Assembly: GCA_963764715.1 (NCBI GenBank)
Contig: CAVXTP010000010.1
Coordinates: 160,001 to 224,000 of the forward strand
DNA length: 64,000 bases
Origin: an uncultured Acidobacteriota bacterium
GTDB lineage: Bacteria > Acidobacteriota > Thermoanaerobaculia > UBA5066 > Gp7-AA6
Direction: 5' to 3'
The notes beneath the pieces were generated by a model. It saw nothing but the letters and a program-made list of their open reading frames with translations, had not been told where the DNA came from and searched no databases. The stretch's first letter is position 1; every line of letters starts with the position of its first letter. Below are positions 18,481 through 27,931 of this stretch, piece by piece. A program made the position numbers and the translations under genes.

Positions 18481-19743
18481 TTACCGCCGCCGCCCGCCGC
18501 CACCGCCGCCGCGCGACATTCCGCCCATGCTCGACGAGCCGCGCGAGCTCGACGACCGCGCGCTGCTCCCGCTGTAGGATCCTCCTCCTCCGCCGAACGC
18601 GGACGAGCCCCGGGAGCTCGAGGACGGCACGTTGCGGCTGCCGACCTGGCTCGACTTGCTTCCGCCGCGGTCGAAGCTGCGGAGCCGCCGCGGTCGAAGC
18701 TGCTCGCGCCCGCGCCCGAGCGGCTGCTCGCACCGCCGCGATCCATGCTCTGGGACTGGCGCTGGCTCGCCCCGGCCTGCCGGCTCGACGCCGAGTCGCC
18801 GCGCGCGTTGCCGCCGTACTTGCTGGCGGTCGCCTTGTCCTTGTACGGGCGCGCCGCCGCGCTGCTGCGAGTTGTGCTGCCAGTTGCTGTTGCCGCTGCG
18901 GTTGCTGACGTTGTTCTGACGGTTGCTGTTGTTGACGAAGTTGTTGCTGTTGTTGATGTTGATGGTGTTTCCGCCGCCGCCGTGCCAGCCGCAGCCCCAG
19001 CCCCAGCCGCCGCTGATTCCGACTCCGATGGCGACGCCCACACCGAACCCGATGAGCCCGGCGCCGGGCACGTAGGGCGGGTAGTACATCGGGTAATACG
19101 GGTAGACCGGCGGTCCCCAGATCACCGTCGGGTTGTAGGACGGAACGTAGACGACCTCGGTCGACGTGGGCTGGATCTCGATGACGGTCTTCGACTCCAC
19201 CGTAGTCGTTTCGACCTTCTGCTGTTCGGACGACGCGAGTTTGCCCGCGTCTTTCGCCTTCGCCCGCATGCGCTGGACGGCGTCCATCACTTCGCTCTGC
19301 TGCGCGAGGAACGCGTCGCCGAGATCCTGCGTCCACTTGATGTTCTCGGACAGGACCTTGAGCGCATCGGGCAGCACCACCAGGGCCTGGACGCTCGGGT
19401 CCCAGGGCTCCTTCTCGGCCGCCTTGACGAGCTCATCGCCCTTGAGTGTGCCGTTCTTGGCCAGCCACTGCTGCGCGGCGACGACGTCGATCGGGTACGT
19501 CGCGGCCACGAGGCACTGGGCGAGCAGAGGATCGGGGTAGAGCGCGATCGGCGCGACCAGCGAGTCGAGCTGGTCGGGCGTGAGTTTCGCGGATTCCGGC
19601 GCCTCCGTGGCGGGAGCGGCAGCCTGCGCATCCTGAGTCGGGACCGCGCCGGCCGGCGCGGCCATCAGCGCGCTGAGCGTTGCGACGAGCGCCACGCCGA
19701 AGGCGCCCGACAGCCTGGCCCGAAGCGACTGGAGAGTTGTCAC
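18481..19743 (-). CDS. DUF3300-family protein with Gly/Ser/Asn/Arg-rich tail (two compensating frameshifts, ~18848 and ~18680)
   Basis: LVAPIALYPDPLLAQ, WDPSVQAL, LGDAFLAQ, VYVPSYNP. Confidence 0.88.
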   Translation of the reverse strand: MTTLQSLRARLSGAFGVALVATLSALMAAPAGAVPTQDAQAAAPATEAPESAKLTPDQLDSLVAPIALYPDPLLAQCLVAATYPIDVVAAQQWLAKNGTLKGDELVKAAEKEPWDPSVQALVVLPDALKVLSENIKWTQDLGDAFLAQQSEVMDAVQRMRAKAKDAGKLASSEQQKVETTTVESKTVIEIQPTSTEVVYVPSYNPTVIWGPPVYPYYPMYYPPYVPGAGLIGFGVGVAIGVGISGGWGWGCGWHGGGGNTININNSNNFVNNSNRQNNVSNRSGNSNWQHNSQQRGGAPVQGQGDRQQVRRQRARRLGVEPAGRGEPAPVPEHGSRRCEQPLGRGREQLRPRRLRSFDRGGSKSSQVGSRNVPSSSSRGSSAFGGGGGSYSGSSARSSSSRGSSSMGGMSRGGGGGGRRR

Positions 19744-19801
19744 CGTGTCCTCCTCGTTTCCTGAACGCCTCATCCTATTCCGGGGACCGGTGGCGGCGCC
19801 A

Positions 19802-19819
19802 ATTGGACCAAGGTCTTAG
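19802..19819. promoter_or_regulatory. 18-bp palindromic operator, site B
   Basis: ATTGGACCAAGGTCTTAG; minus-strand -10 TAGGAT at 19777-19772. Confidence 0.68.
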
Positions 19820-20007
19820 CGGACGGCCAGCCCTGCCTCCGACACGGCTCTTCGGCCATCCAGGGGAGTCGGACGGGGGCCTGCCCGAGACCCCCGTTCC
19901 CGACGCGAGGCCATGGCGCGAGAGCTCTGCCTTACCATCTCCACGATGCGAGCTCGAGACCTGCCGCCGTCGTGGCGGCCCCCGGCGGCCTGGCTCCGGG
20001 AGGCCTC

Positions 20008-21858
20008 GTGACGAGCTGGGTCACGGTCGTCTGGTCCGCCATCGCGTCGTCGTGCCTGACGCTCGCGCTCGTGCATGCCCTGATCGGTGTGCGGCAGCGG
20101 CAGCGGGCCAATTTCCTCTTCGCCGTCAACAGCCTCTCCGTCACGGCCATCGCGGCCGTCGAGCTCGCGCTGATGCGGGCGGCCAACCCGGTCGAGTTCG
20201 GCTTGCTCATGCGGTGGATGCACGTTCCCATCTTCGTTCTCGTCACGTCGCTCGTCCTCTTCGTGCGCGCGTTCTTTCGGGCGGGCTCCGCGGGGCTCGC
20301 TGCGGCGGCCATCGCCTCGAGGGCGGCGGCTCTCCTCGTCAACTTTCTCCGCCAGCCCAACCTGAACTTCGTCGAGATCACGAGCCTGCGCCGCGTCGCG
20401 TTCCTGGGAGAAGACGTCTCGGTGGCCGTGGGGACCGTCAGCCGCTGGACGCGGCTGGGCGAGCTCTCCTCGATCCTGCTGCTCGCCTTCCTGCTTTCGG
20501 CGGCGCTTTCGGTCTGGCGGCGCGGCGAGCGCGGACGGGCGGCGATCGTCGGCGGCAGCATGGTGCTGTTCGTTCTCGGGGCCGCAGGCCACGCGGCACT
20601 GGTCCATGCCGGGGTTGTGGTCTTCCCGTACATGTTCAGCGTCGCGTACCTCGGCGTCGTCGCGGCGATGGGACTACGAGTTGACGTCCGACGTCCTTCG
20701 CGCGACCGCCCTGGCGCGCGCGCTCCGCGAGAGCCAGGACGCCCTGCAAGAGAGCGACCGACAGCTGGCCGTGGCGGCCGACGCGGCGAAGCTGGGTTTC
20801 TGGGCGTGGGACCCGGGAACGGACGAACTGTGGATGACGGCCACGGGGCGGGTCGCTTCGCGGCTACTCTCCGAACGAGCGCCTCGACCTGTCCCGCCTT
20901 CTCTCCTCGGTCCACCCGGGGGATCGGGAGGACATCCGGCGATCCATCGAGTCCGCGGTCGACGATCGAAGGTCCTTCGAGCGTGAGTATCGGATCGTGC
21001 GCCCCGACGGGGAGATTCGCTGGGTCGCGTTCCGCGGCGCCGGCGAGCGCGACCCCGGGGACGGGCGGGCCCGCGTGCGGGGCGTCTCGATCGACGTCAC
21101 GTGGCAGAAGATGGCGGAGCTCGAATCGCAGAGGCGGCAGAACGAGGTCGCCCATCTCTCGCGGGTGACCGTGCTCGGCGAGCTGTCGGGATCGCTCGCC
21201 CACGAGATCAATCAGCCGCTGACGGCGATCCTGAGCAACACGGAAACCCTGCAGAACCTGCTGGGGCAGGAGGGGGCGTCTCTCCCCGAAGTCCAGGAGA
21301 TCCTGGCCGACATCGTCCACGAGGGCAGGCACGCGGCCGAGGTAATCCAACGACTCCGACTCCTCCTGAAGAAAGGCGACGTCCGCCCCGAGGCTCTCGC
21401 TCTGCCCGACCTCGTCGACGACGTCGTCCGCCTGGTCCGGGGCGACCTCGCCCACCAGGGCGTGACGTTCTCGGCGGAGCTCCCGGCCGACTTGCCCCGG
21501 GTTCGCGGAGACCGCGTCCAGATCGAACAGGTTCTCCTGAACCTCCTGACGAACGCCTGCGACGCCCTGGCGGACGCCGACCCGCGAGACCGGCGTCTCG
21601 TCCTCGGCGCGGCGGTCGCGGAAGGCGGCGAGGTTCGCGTCTCCGTCCGCGATCGGGGCCACGGGGATCGCGCCTTCGGACCTCGAGCGCGTCTTCGAGC
21701 CGTTCGTGACGACGAAGAGCCGCGGCATGGGCCTGGGACTGTCCGTCTGCCGCACGATCGTCACCGCCCACGGGGGAAGGCTGTGGGCGGTCAACAACGA
21801 CGACCGCGGTGCGACGTTTCATTTCACGCTTCCCGTCGCCGGCACAGCGCCACGATGA
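20008..21858 (+). CDS. Membrane PAS sensor histidine kinase (three frameshifts, ~20673, ~20851, ~21666)
   Basis: Multi-TM N-terminus, PAS/PAC (VHP..YRIVRPDGEIRW), SLAHEINQPL, QVLLNLLTNA, DRGHG, FEPFVTTK, GMGLGL. Confidence 0.85.
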
Positions 21859-22469
21859 CCGCGGAGCGCGTGTACGTGGTCGACGACGAGCCCGCCGTGC
21901 GCAAGGCCCTCTGGCGACTGCTTCGCTCCGCCGGAATCGAGGTCGAGGCTTTCGGGTCCGCGGAGGATTTCCTCGGCGCCCTGGAAGCGGAGCCTGCGGG
22001 CTGCGCGATCCTCGACGTCGCGATGCCGGGGCTGGACGGCCTCGCGCTGCAGGCGGCGCTCGCCTCCCGCGGCATCGACCTGCCGGTCCTGTTCCTGACC
22101 GGACGGGGCGACATCCCGATGTCCGTGCGGGCCATGAAGGCGGGGGCGGCCGACTTTCTGACGAAGCCCGTCGACGGCAAGGCCCTCGTCGCCGCGGTTC
22201 GGCGGGCGCTGGAAAAGGGCCGGTCTGCCGGGCAGGCGCGGCGGGAAGCCTCGGAGATCCGCCGGCGCCTCGCCTCCCTCACCCCGCGGCAGCGCGAAGT
22301 CCTGGAGGGGGTCGTCGCCGGGAAGCTCAACAAGCAGATTGCGGCCGATCTCGGGATCGCGGAGAAGACCGTCAAGATCCATCGCGGCGAGGTCATGTCG
22401 AAGATGGCGGCGGGCTCCGTCGCCGAGCTCGTTCGCTTCGCGCATCGGGCCAGCATCCGGCGCCCGTAG
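21855..22469 (+). CDS. FixJ/NodW-like response regulator (LuxR HTH)
   Basis: VYVVDDE, LDVAMP, FLTGRGDIPMSVRAMKAGA.DFLTKP, LTPRQREV..LNKQIA. Confidence 0.92.
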   Translation: MTAERVYVVDDEPAVRKALWRLLRSAGIEVEAFGSAEDFLGALEAEPAGCAILDVAMPGLDGLALQAALASRGIDLPVLFLTGRGDIPMSVRAMKAGAADFLTKPVDGKALVAAVRRALEKGRSAGQARREASEIRRRLASLTPRQREVLEGVVAGKLNKQIAADLGIAEKTVKIHRGEVMSKMAAGSVAELVRFAHRASIRRP

Positions 22470-22499
22470 CTTCGGGTCGCGGCCCGACCCGGAATTCCG

Positions 22500-22517
22500 T
22501 TAGGACCAAGGTCCGAT
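22500..22517. promoter_or_regulatory. 18-bp palindromic operator, site A
   Basis: TTAGGACCAAGGTCCGAT; extended -10 TGcTAGCGT at 22537-22545. Confidence 0.7.
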
Positions 22518-22552
22518 CGCGCGCCTTCCGAGCGCCTGCTAGCGTCGGGAGC

Positions 22553-22960
22553 GTGAACCCGAGAAGCTGGGAGTGCTTCGTCGCGGTCGTGGATGACGAC
22601 GACGCGGTGCGCCGCGCCCTCTCGCGCCTGGTTCGCTCGCTCGGGTTCGAGGCCGAAGCGTTCCCGTCGGGCAAGGAATTCCTGGCCGCGCTCGCGACGC
22701 GGCGCCCCGATTGCGTCGTGCTCGATCTGCACATGCCGGAAGTCAACGGCTTCGACGTTCAGGCGAGGATGGCCGAGGCGGGCCTGCACGTCCCGGTCAT
22801 CGTGATCACGGGCCACGATTCTCCCGAAGCGCGGGCGAGGGCGCTCGCCGGGGGGGCCTCGGCCTATCTGTGCAAACCGTTGGACGGGTTGGCGCTCCGG
22901 GAGGCGATTCGCGCCGCCGTCGTGGGCAGCGCGACGACGAACGGGAGCGCAAAACAATGA
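22553..22960 (+). CDS. Single-domain response regulator receiver
   Basis: VVDDD, LDLHMP, VITGH, YLCKP. Confidence 0.85.
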   Translation: MNPRSWECFVAVVDDDDAVRRALSRLVRSLGFEAEAFPSGKEFLAALATRRPDCVVLDLHMPEVNGFDVQARMAEAGLHVPVIVITGHDSPEARARALAGGASAYLCKPLDGLALREAIRAAVVGSATTNGSAKQ

Positions 22961-22973
22961 GGAGGAGACCGTC

Positions 22974-24524
22974 ATGATCGCTCGTGGGGAATCCTGGCGC
23001 CGCCGGTTGGCGGCGGCATCGCTGGCGGCGACGATCGTGGGGGCGGCGGCGTCCGGCGCGCTCGGCCAGGAGCTCAAGGGCGCGATCTCGGGGCGCGTCG
23101 TGGACGAAGTCGGCGCGGCCGTCGCCGGCGCCACGGTGACGGCCCGAAACCTCGCGACCGGGTTTCGCCAGTCGGCGGTCTCGGACGCGTCGGGCGCCTT
23201 CCGCATCGAGGCGCTTCCGGCGGGCTCCTACGACGTCACTTCCGAGGCCTCGGGGTTCAGGACCGGGCTGTCGACGGGCGTGGTCGTCCACGCCTCCGAG
23301 TTCACGAACGTGGCCTTCGCTCTGAAGGCCGTCGCCTTCGTGGCGCAGGAGCCGCAGGGACAGGCCGGCGCGCCGCCCCCGGATCCCATGAAGCAGGGGC
23401 CGCGCATGCAGATCTACGGCTTCGCGATGACGGACCTGATCTACGACATCGACCAGGTGAATCCGGACTGGTTCGACGTCGAGCGCCCGTCGAAGCTCCC
23501 GTCGTTTCCGAACGAGTTCGGCGACAACGGCAACTTCTGGGCGAGCGTGCGGCAGACGCGCTTCGGCGTCCGCGGCTGGCTGCCGACGTCGATGGGAGAA
23601 GTGAAGACGGAGTTCGAGTTCGACCTCTTCGGCGTCGGCTCCGACGCCGGCCAGACGACGATCCGACTGCGCCAGGCCTGGGGCGAGCTCGACGCGTTCC
23701 TCATCGGCCAGACGAACAGCGTCTTCATGGACGGGGACGTCTTCCCGAACACGGTCGAGTACTGGGGGCCCGACGGGATGGTGTTCTTCCGCAACGTCCA
23801 GCTGCGATGGGCGCCCATCCAGGGCGACACGCGCCTGTACATCGCACTCGAGCGGCCCGGGGCCACGGGCGATCAGGGAAAGTACTCCGACCGCATCGAG
23901 CTCTCGGGCATCAAGCCGCACTTCCCGTACCCGGACTTCACGGCCCAGTTCCGGACCGGGAGCGACTGGGGGCACGTGCAGCTCGCGGGGATCGTCCGCT
24001 ACATCGGCTGGACCGACACCCTGGCCGACGAGGTCGATCTTTCGGACCACGCCATCGGCTGGGGCCTCAGCGCGAGCTCCGTCATCAAGTTCGGGAAGAC
24101 GGGGAGCCTGCGCCTCCAGGCCACCTACGGCGAGGGCATCGAGAACTACATGAACGACGCGCCCGTCGACGTCGGGATCCAGGCCAACCCGGGCAATCCG
24201 CTTCAGCCGGTCACCGGCAAGGCGCTGCCGATCTTCGGGATGATGGCTTACTACGATTTCAACTGGAGCGACTGCTTCTCGACGGCGATCGGCTATTCCC
24301 GTCTCGACATCGACAACAGCAACGGACAGCTTCCGACCGCCTTCAAGAGCGGGCAGTACGCATCGACCAACATCCTCTATTACCCCGTCCAGAACGTCAT
24401 GACCGGGCTCGAGTTCCAGTGGGGCCGCCGGCAGAACTTCGGCGACGACTTCGCCGTGAACGACTTCCGGATCCAGTTCTCGGCGCAGTACAAGTTCTCG
24501 TTCGATCTGGGAGGGAAGAAGTGA
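22974..24524 (+). CDS. DcaP-family outer-membrane porin with N-terminal carboxypeptidase-regulatory-like domain
   Basis: GAISGRVVDEVGAAVAGATVTARN, SVRQTRFG, RLRQAWGE, GQT.SVFMD, NDFRIQFS. Confidence 0.8.
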   Translation: MIARGESWRRRLAAASLAATIVGAAASGALGQELKGAISGRVVDEVGAAVAGATVTARNLATGFRQSAVSDASGAFRIEALPAGSYDVTSEASGFRTGLSTGVVVHASEFTNVAFALKAVAFVAQEPQGQAGAPPPDPMKQGPRMQIYGFAMTDLIYDIDQVNPDWFDVERPSKLPSFPNEFGDNGNFWASVRQTRFGVRGWLPTSMGEVKTEFEFDLFGVGSDAGQTTIRLRQAWGELDAFLIGQTNSVFMDGDVFPNTVEYWGPDGMVFFRNVQLRWAPIQGDTRLYIALERPGATGDQGKYSDRIELSGIKPHFPYPDFTAQFRTGSDWGHVQLAGIVRYIGWTDTLADEVDLSDHAIGWGLSASSVIKFGKTGSLRLQATYGEGIENYMNDAPVDVGIQANPGNPLQPVTGKALPIFGMMAYYDFNWSDCFSTAIGYSRLDIDNSNGQLPTAFKSGQYASTNILYYPVQNVMTGLEFQWGRRQNFGDDFAVNDFRIQFSAQYKFSFDLGGKK

Positions 24525-24571
24525 AGCGAGCCATTCCGACACCCGATGTCATTCCGATGGGGAGGTAACCC

Positions 24572-25987
24572 GTGAGCACCGTATCCAAGACCAAGACCCG
24601 TACCGAGCACGACCTGCTCGGAGACCTCGCCGTTCCCGCCGACGCCTACTACGGCGTCCAGACCGCGCGGGCCCTCGAGAATTTCCACATCTCGGGTGTC
24701 GAGCTGCGTCTCTATCCCAACCTGATCAAGGCCTTCGCCATGGTCAAGCTCGCCGCCGCGCGAGCCAACTACGACTGCAAGCAATTCTCCAGGGAGATCC
24801 TGAAGGGGATGGAGGGCGCCTGCAAGGAGCTGATCGACGGCAAGCTCCACGACGAGTTCCGTCTCGACGTCTTCCAGGGCGGCGCGGGCACCTCGACCAA
24901 CATGAACGCCAACGAGGTCATCGCCAACCGGGCGCTGGAATTGATGGGCCACAAGAAGGGCGAGTACAAGTATTGCGACCCGCACGACCACGTCAACGGC
25001 TCCCAGTCCACCAACGACGCCTACCCGACGTCGCTCCACATCGGCATGGCCCTCGGCAACATCGAGCTCGTCGCAGCGATGAAGGAGCTCATCGCGTCCT
25101 TCCGCCGCAAGGGGAAGGAATTCTCGAAGATCCTCAAGATGGGGCGCACGCAGCTCCAGGACGCCGTGCCGATGACGCTCGGCCAGGAGTTCGAGGCCTT
25201 CGCCGCGACGCTTTCGGGCGAGGTCCTGGCCCTCGAGCGCATTCAAAACGTGCTCTGCAAGACCAACATGGGGGCGACCGCGATCGGGACGGGCCTGAAC
25301 GCCCCGGCAGGCTACGCCGAGAAGTGCACGGAGCACCTGGCGAAGATCACGGGGCTGCCGATCCACCTGGCCGAAGACCTGATCGAGGCCACGCAGGACA
25401 CGCAACCTTTCGTCCTCTACTCGTCCTGCATGAAGAGCCTGGCGATCAAGCTCTCGAAGGTCTGCAACGACCTCCGGCTCCTCTCCTCGGGACCGCGCTG
25501 CGGACTCCGCGAGATCAATCTCCCGGCCAAGCAGCCGGGCTCCTCGATCATGCCCGGGAAGGTCAATCCCGTGATCCCGGAGGTCGTCAACATGGTCTGC
25601 TTCCGGGTCATCGGCAGCGACCTGACGGTGTCGATGTCCGCCGAGGCCGGCCAGCTCCAGTTGAACGTCTTCGAGCCGGTCATCGCCGCGTGCATCTTCG
25701 AAGCACAGACGATGTTCATCAACGCGGCGCGCACCCTGCGCGTGCACTGCGTGGACGGCATCACCGCCAACCCCGATGTCTGCAAGCACTACGTCGAGTA
25801 CTCGATCGGCACGGTCACGGCCCTGAACCCGGTCATCGGGTACGACCGCTCGACCGAGCTCGCGGCGGAGGCGATGAAGACGGGACGGGGCATTCTCGAG
25901 CTGATCCGGGAGAAGAAGGTCCTGACGGAGGATCAGATCGCGAAGGTCTTCAACCCGGCGGCGATGGCGGGGGCACACCGGAAGTGA
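24572..25987 (+). CDS. aspA: Aspartate ammonia-lyase
   Basis: YYGVQT.RA.ENF, QGGAGTSTNMNANEV, GRTQLQDAVP, GSSIMPGKVNPVIPE. Confidence 0.93.
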   Translation: MSTVSKTKTRTEHDLLGDLAVPADAYYGVQTARALENFHISGVELRLYPNLIKAFAMVKLAAARANYDCKQFSREILKGMEGACKELIDGKLHDEFRLDVFQGGAGTSTNMNANEVIANRALELMGHKKGEYKYCDPHDHVNGSQSTNDAYPTSLHIGMALGNIELVAAMKELIASFRRKGKEFSKILKMGRTQLQDAVPMTLGQEFEAFAATLSGEVLALERIQNVLCKTNMGATAIGTGLNAPAGYAEKCTEHLAKITGLPIHLAEDLIEATQDTQPFVLYSSCMKSLAIKLSKVCNDLRLLSSGPRCGLREINLPAKQPGSSIMPGKVNPVIPEVVNMVCFRVIGSDLTVSMSAEAGQLQLNVFEPVIAACIFEAQTMFINAARTLRVHCVDGITANPDVCKHYVEYSIGTVTALNPVIGYDRSTELAAEAMKTGRGILELIREKKVLTEDQIAKVFNPAAMAGAHRK

Positions 25988-26514
25988 AGTCCGTTGCGCC
26001 TCTTCGCGCGGTCCTGCTGGCATCGGCCATCGGCGTGCTCGCCCTGCCGGCGCGGGGCCAGCAGGCGGCGTCCGACTGGCGTCCGTTCGCGGCGACGTGG
26101 ACCCTCTCGGGGCAGAGGTTCCTCCTGCCGACGGAGGGCGAGCGCCCCGCCTCCATCGTCACCCTTTCGGGTCCCCTGACCATCACGAAGGGGGAGGGGC
26201 TCGGCCGCGGGCTGCTCAGCCAGGTGATCGGCTTCGACGACGGCGGGGCGGTTCTCGCCGGCCGGGCCGTCTTCACGGACGAGCGCGGCGACAGGATCTT
26301 CTGCACCATCCAGGCCGAGCCGATCGGGACCGGCCGCCGGGCCACGGCGACGATCACCGGCGGCACGGGGCGCTTCGCGGGGCTGGAAGGGAGCTTCTCG
26401 TTTGCCTGGCTGTACGTCGTGGACCAGGAGAGCGGCGAGGTCAGCCTGCGCTCCGTCGACATCGAGGGGCGAACCAGACGCGGAGCCTCGGCGCGCGGCG
26501 GGAGCGGGCCATGA
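25984..26514 (+). CDS. Hypothetical secreted beta-rich protein
   Basis: GTGA overlap with aspA; signal peptide; ITGGTGRFAGLEG. Confidence 0.65.
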   Translation: MKSVAPLRAVLLASAIGVLALPARGQQAASDWRPFAATWTLSGQRFLLPTEGERPASIVTLSGPLTITKGEGLGRGLLSQVIGFDDGGAVLAGRAVFTDERGDRIFCTIQAEPIGTGRRATATITGGTGRFAGLEGSFSFAWLYVVDQESGEVSLRSVDIEGRTRRGASARGGSGP

Positions 26515-27918
26515 CGGCGGGTCCGAAGACGCTCCTCGCCCGCCTCGGGGTGGTCGCCCTCGGCGTGGTCATCTGGTTCTGGCCGGTGCCCGAGGGGCTC
26601 ACCCCTCCGGCCTGGCACCTCTTCGCGATCTTCGCCGCCACGATCGCCTCCGTCATCGCCGGCGCATTCCCCATCCTGACGGCCTCGGTCCTCGCGGTCG
26701 CGATCTCCGTTCTTTCCGGGCTCCTGACCCCCGCGAAGGCGTATGCGGGGTTTGCGAACGGGACGATCCTGCTCATCGTGGTCGCTTTTCTCGTGGCGCG
26801 GGCGATCGTGAAGTGCGGCCTCGGCCAGCGCCTCGGCCACCTGGTCGTGCGGCTCTTCGGGCGCTCGACGCTCGGCCTCGGCTACAGCATCTTCTTCTTC
26901 GACGCCGTGATCGCGCCCGCGTTTCCGAGCGACACGGCGCGCTCCGGCGTGATCTACCCCCTCGCCCTCTCGCTCGCGGAAGGCGGCGGCTCGAAGCCCG
27001 ACGAGGCCACGCGCAAGAAGATGGGGGCCTACCTTATGTTCTGCGGGATGGCGACCCTGTCCCTCTCCTCGGCGCTGTGGCTGACCGCGATGGCGGGCAA
27101 TCCGCTCGGAGCCGAGATCGGCAAGACGATGGGCTTCCAGGTCTCGTTCGGCTCGTGGCTGCTGGCCGCCTCGGTGCCGACCCTCCTCGCGCTCGCGCTG
27201 CTGCCGCTGCTCATCTACAAGGTCTTCCCGCCCGAGGTGAAGGCGACGCCCGAGGCTCCCGCCGCGGCGCGCAAGGCGCTGGCCGCGATGGGCCCGCTGA
27301 GCCTGCAGGAGAAGATCGTGGCGGCGACCTTCGTCGTGATGGTCGTCCTGTGGGGGCTCGCCGGGACGCTGAAACTCGACCTGACGGCGGTGGCGTTTCT
27401 CGGTCTCGGAGTGCTCCTCGCGACGGGCGCCCTGACGTTGAAGGACATCGGACAGCAGGGCGACGTGCTCGGGACCTTCATCTGGTTCTCGATCCTGTAC
27501 ACCCTGAGCGGCCAGCTGAACGCCATGGGCTTCATGGGCTATCTCGGGCAGAGACTCGGCGGCGCGCTCGGCGGGCTGCCGGTTCCCGCGGCCTACGCCA
27601 TTCTCGTGGTCGCCTACGTCCTTCTCCACTACCTGTTCGTCAGCCAGACGGCGCACGTTCTCGCTCTCTTCGGCGTGTTCCTCGGAATCGGCTCCCAGCT
27701 CGGCATCCCGCTGCCGGTGCTCGGCTTACGCCCTGCTCTTCTCCACGAGCTACTTGTCGACGATGACGCCGCAGGCCTCGAGCGCGAACGTGCTCGTCGT
27801 CGGGAGCGGCTACCTCACGCAGGGCGAGCTGTATCGCCTCGGCACGATCACGACGGCCTTCAACATCCTGCTGCTCCTTCTCGTGGGGACGCCCTGGCTG
27901 ATGTTCGTGGCGCGGTGA
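26511..27918 (+). CDS. DASS-family dicarboxylate transporter (frameshift ~27725)
   Basis: PVPEGL..AWHLFAIF, PSDTARSG, LTAMAGNP, HYLFVSQTAH. Confidence 0.87.
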
Positions 27919-27931
27919 CGGTGGAGGCGGC

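Noticed and set aside
20997-22469. Apparent hybrid kinase-response regulator fusion (490 aa)
   Set aside because: Artefact of the frameshift near 21666; the restored kinase ends at TGA 21858, overlapping the regulator ATG at 21855
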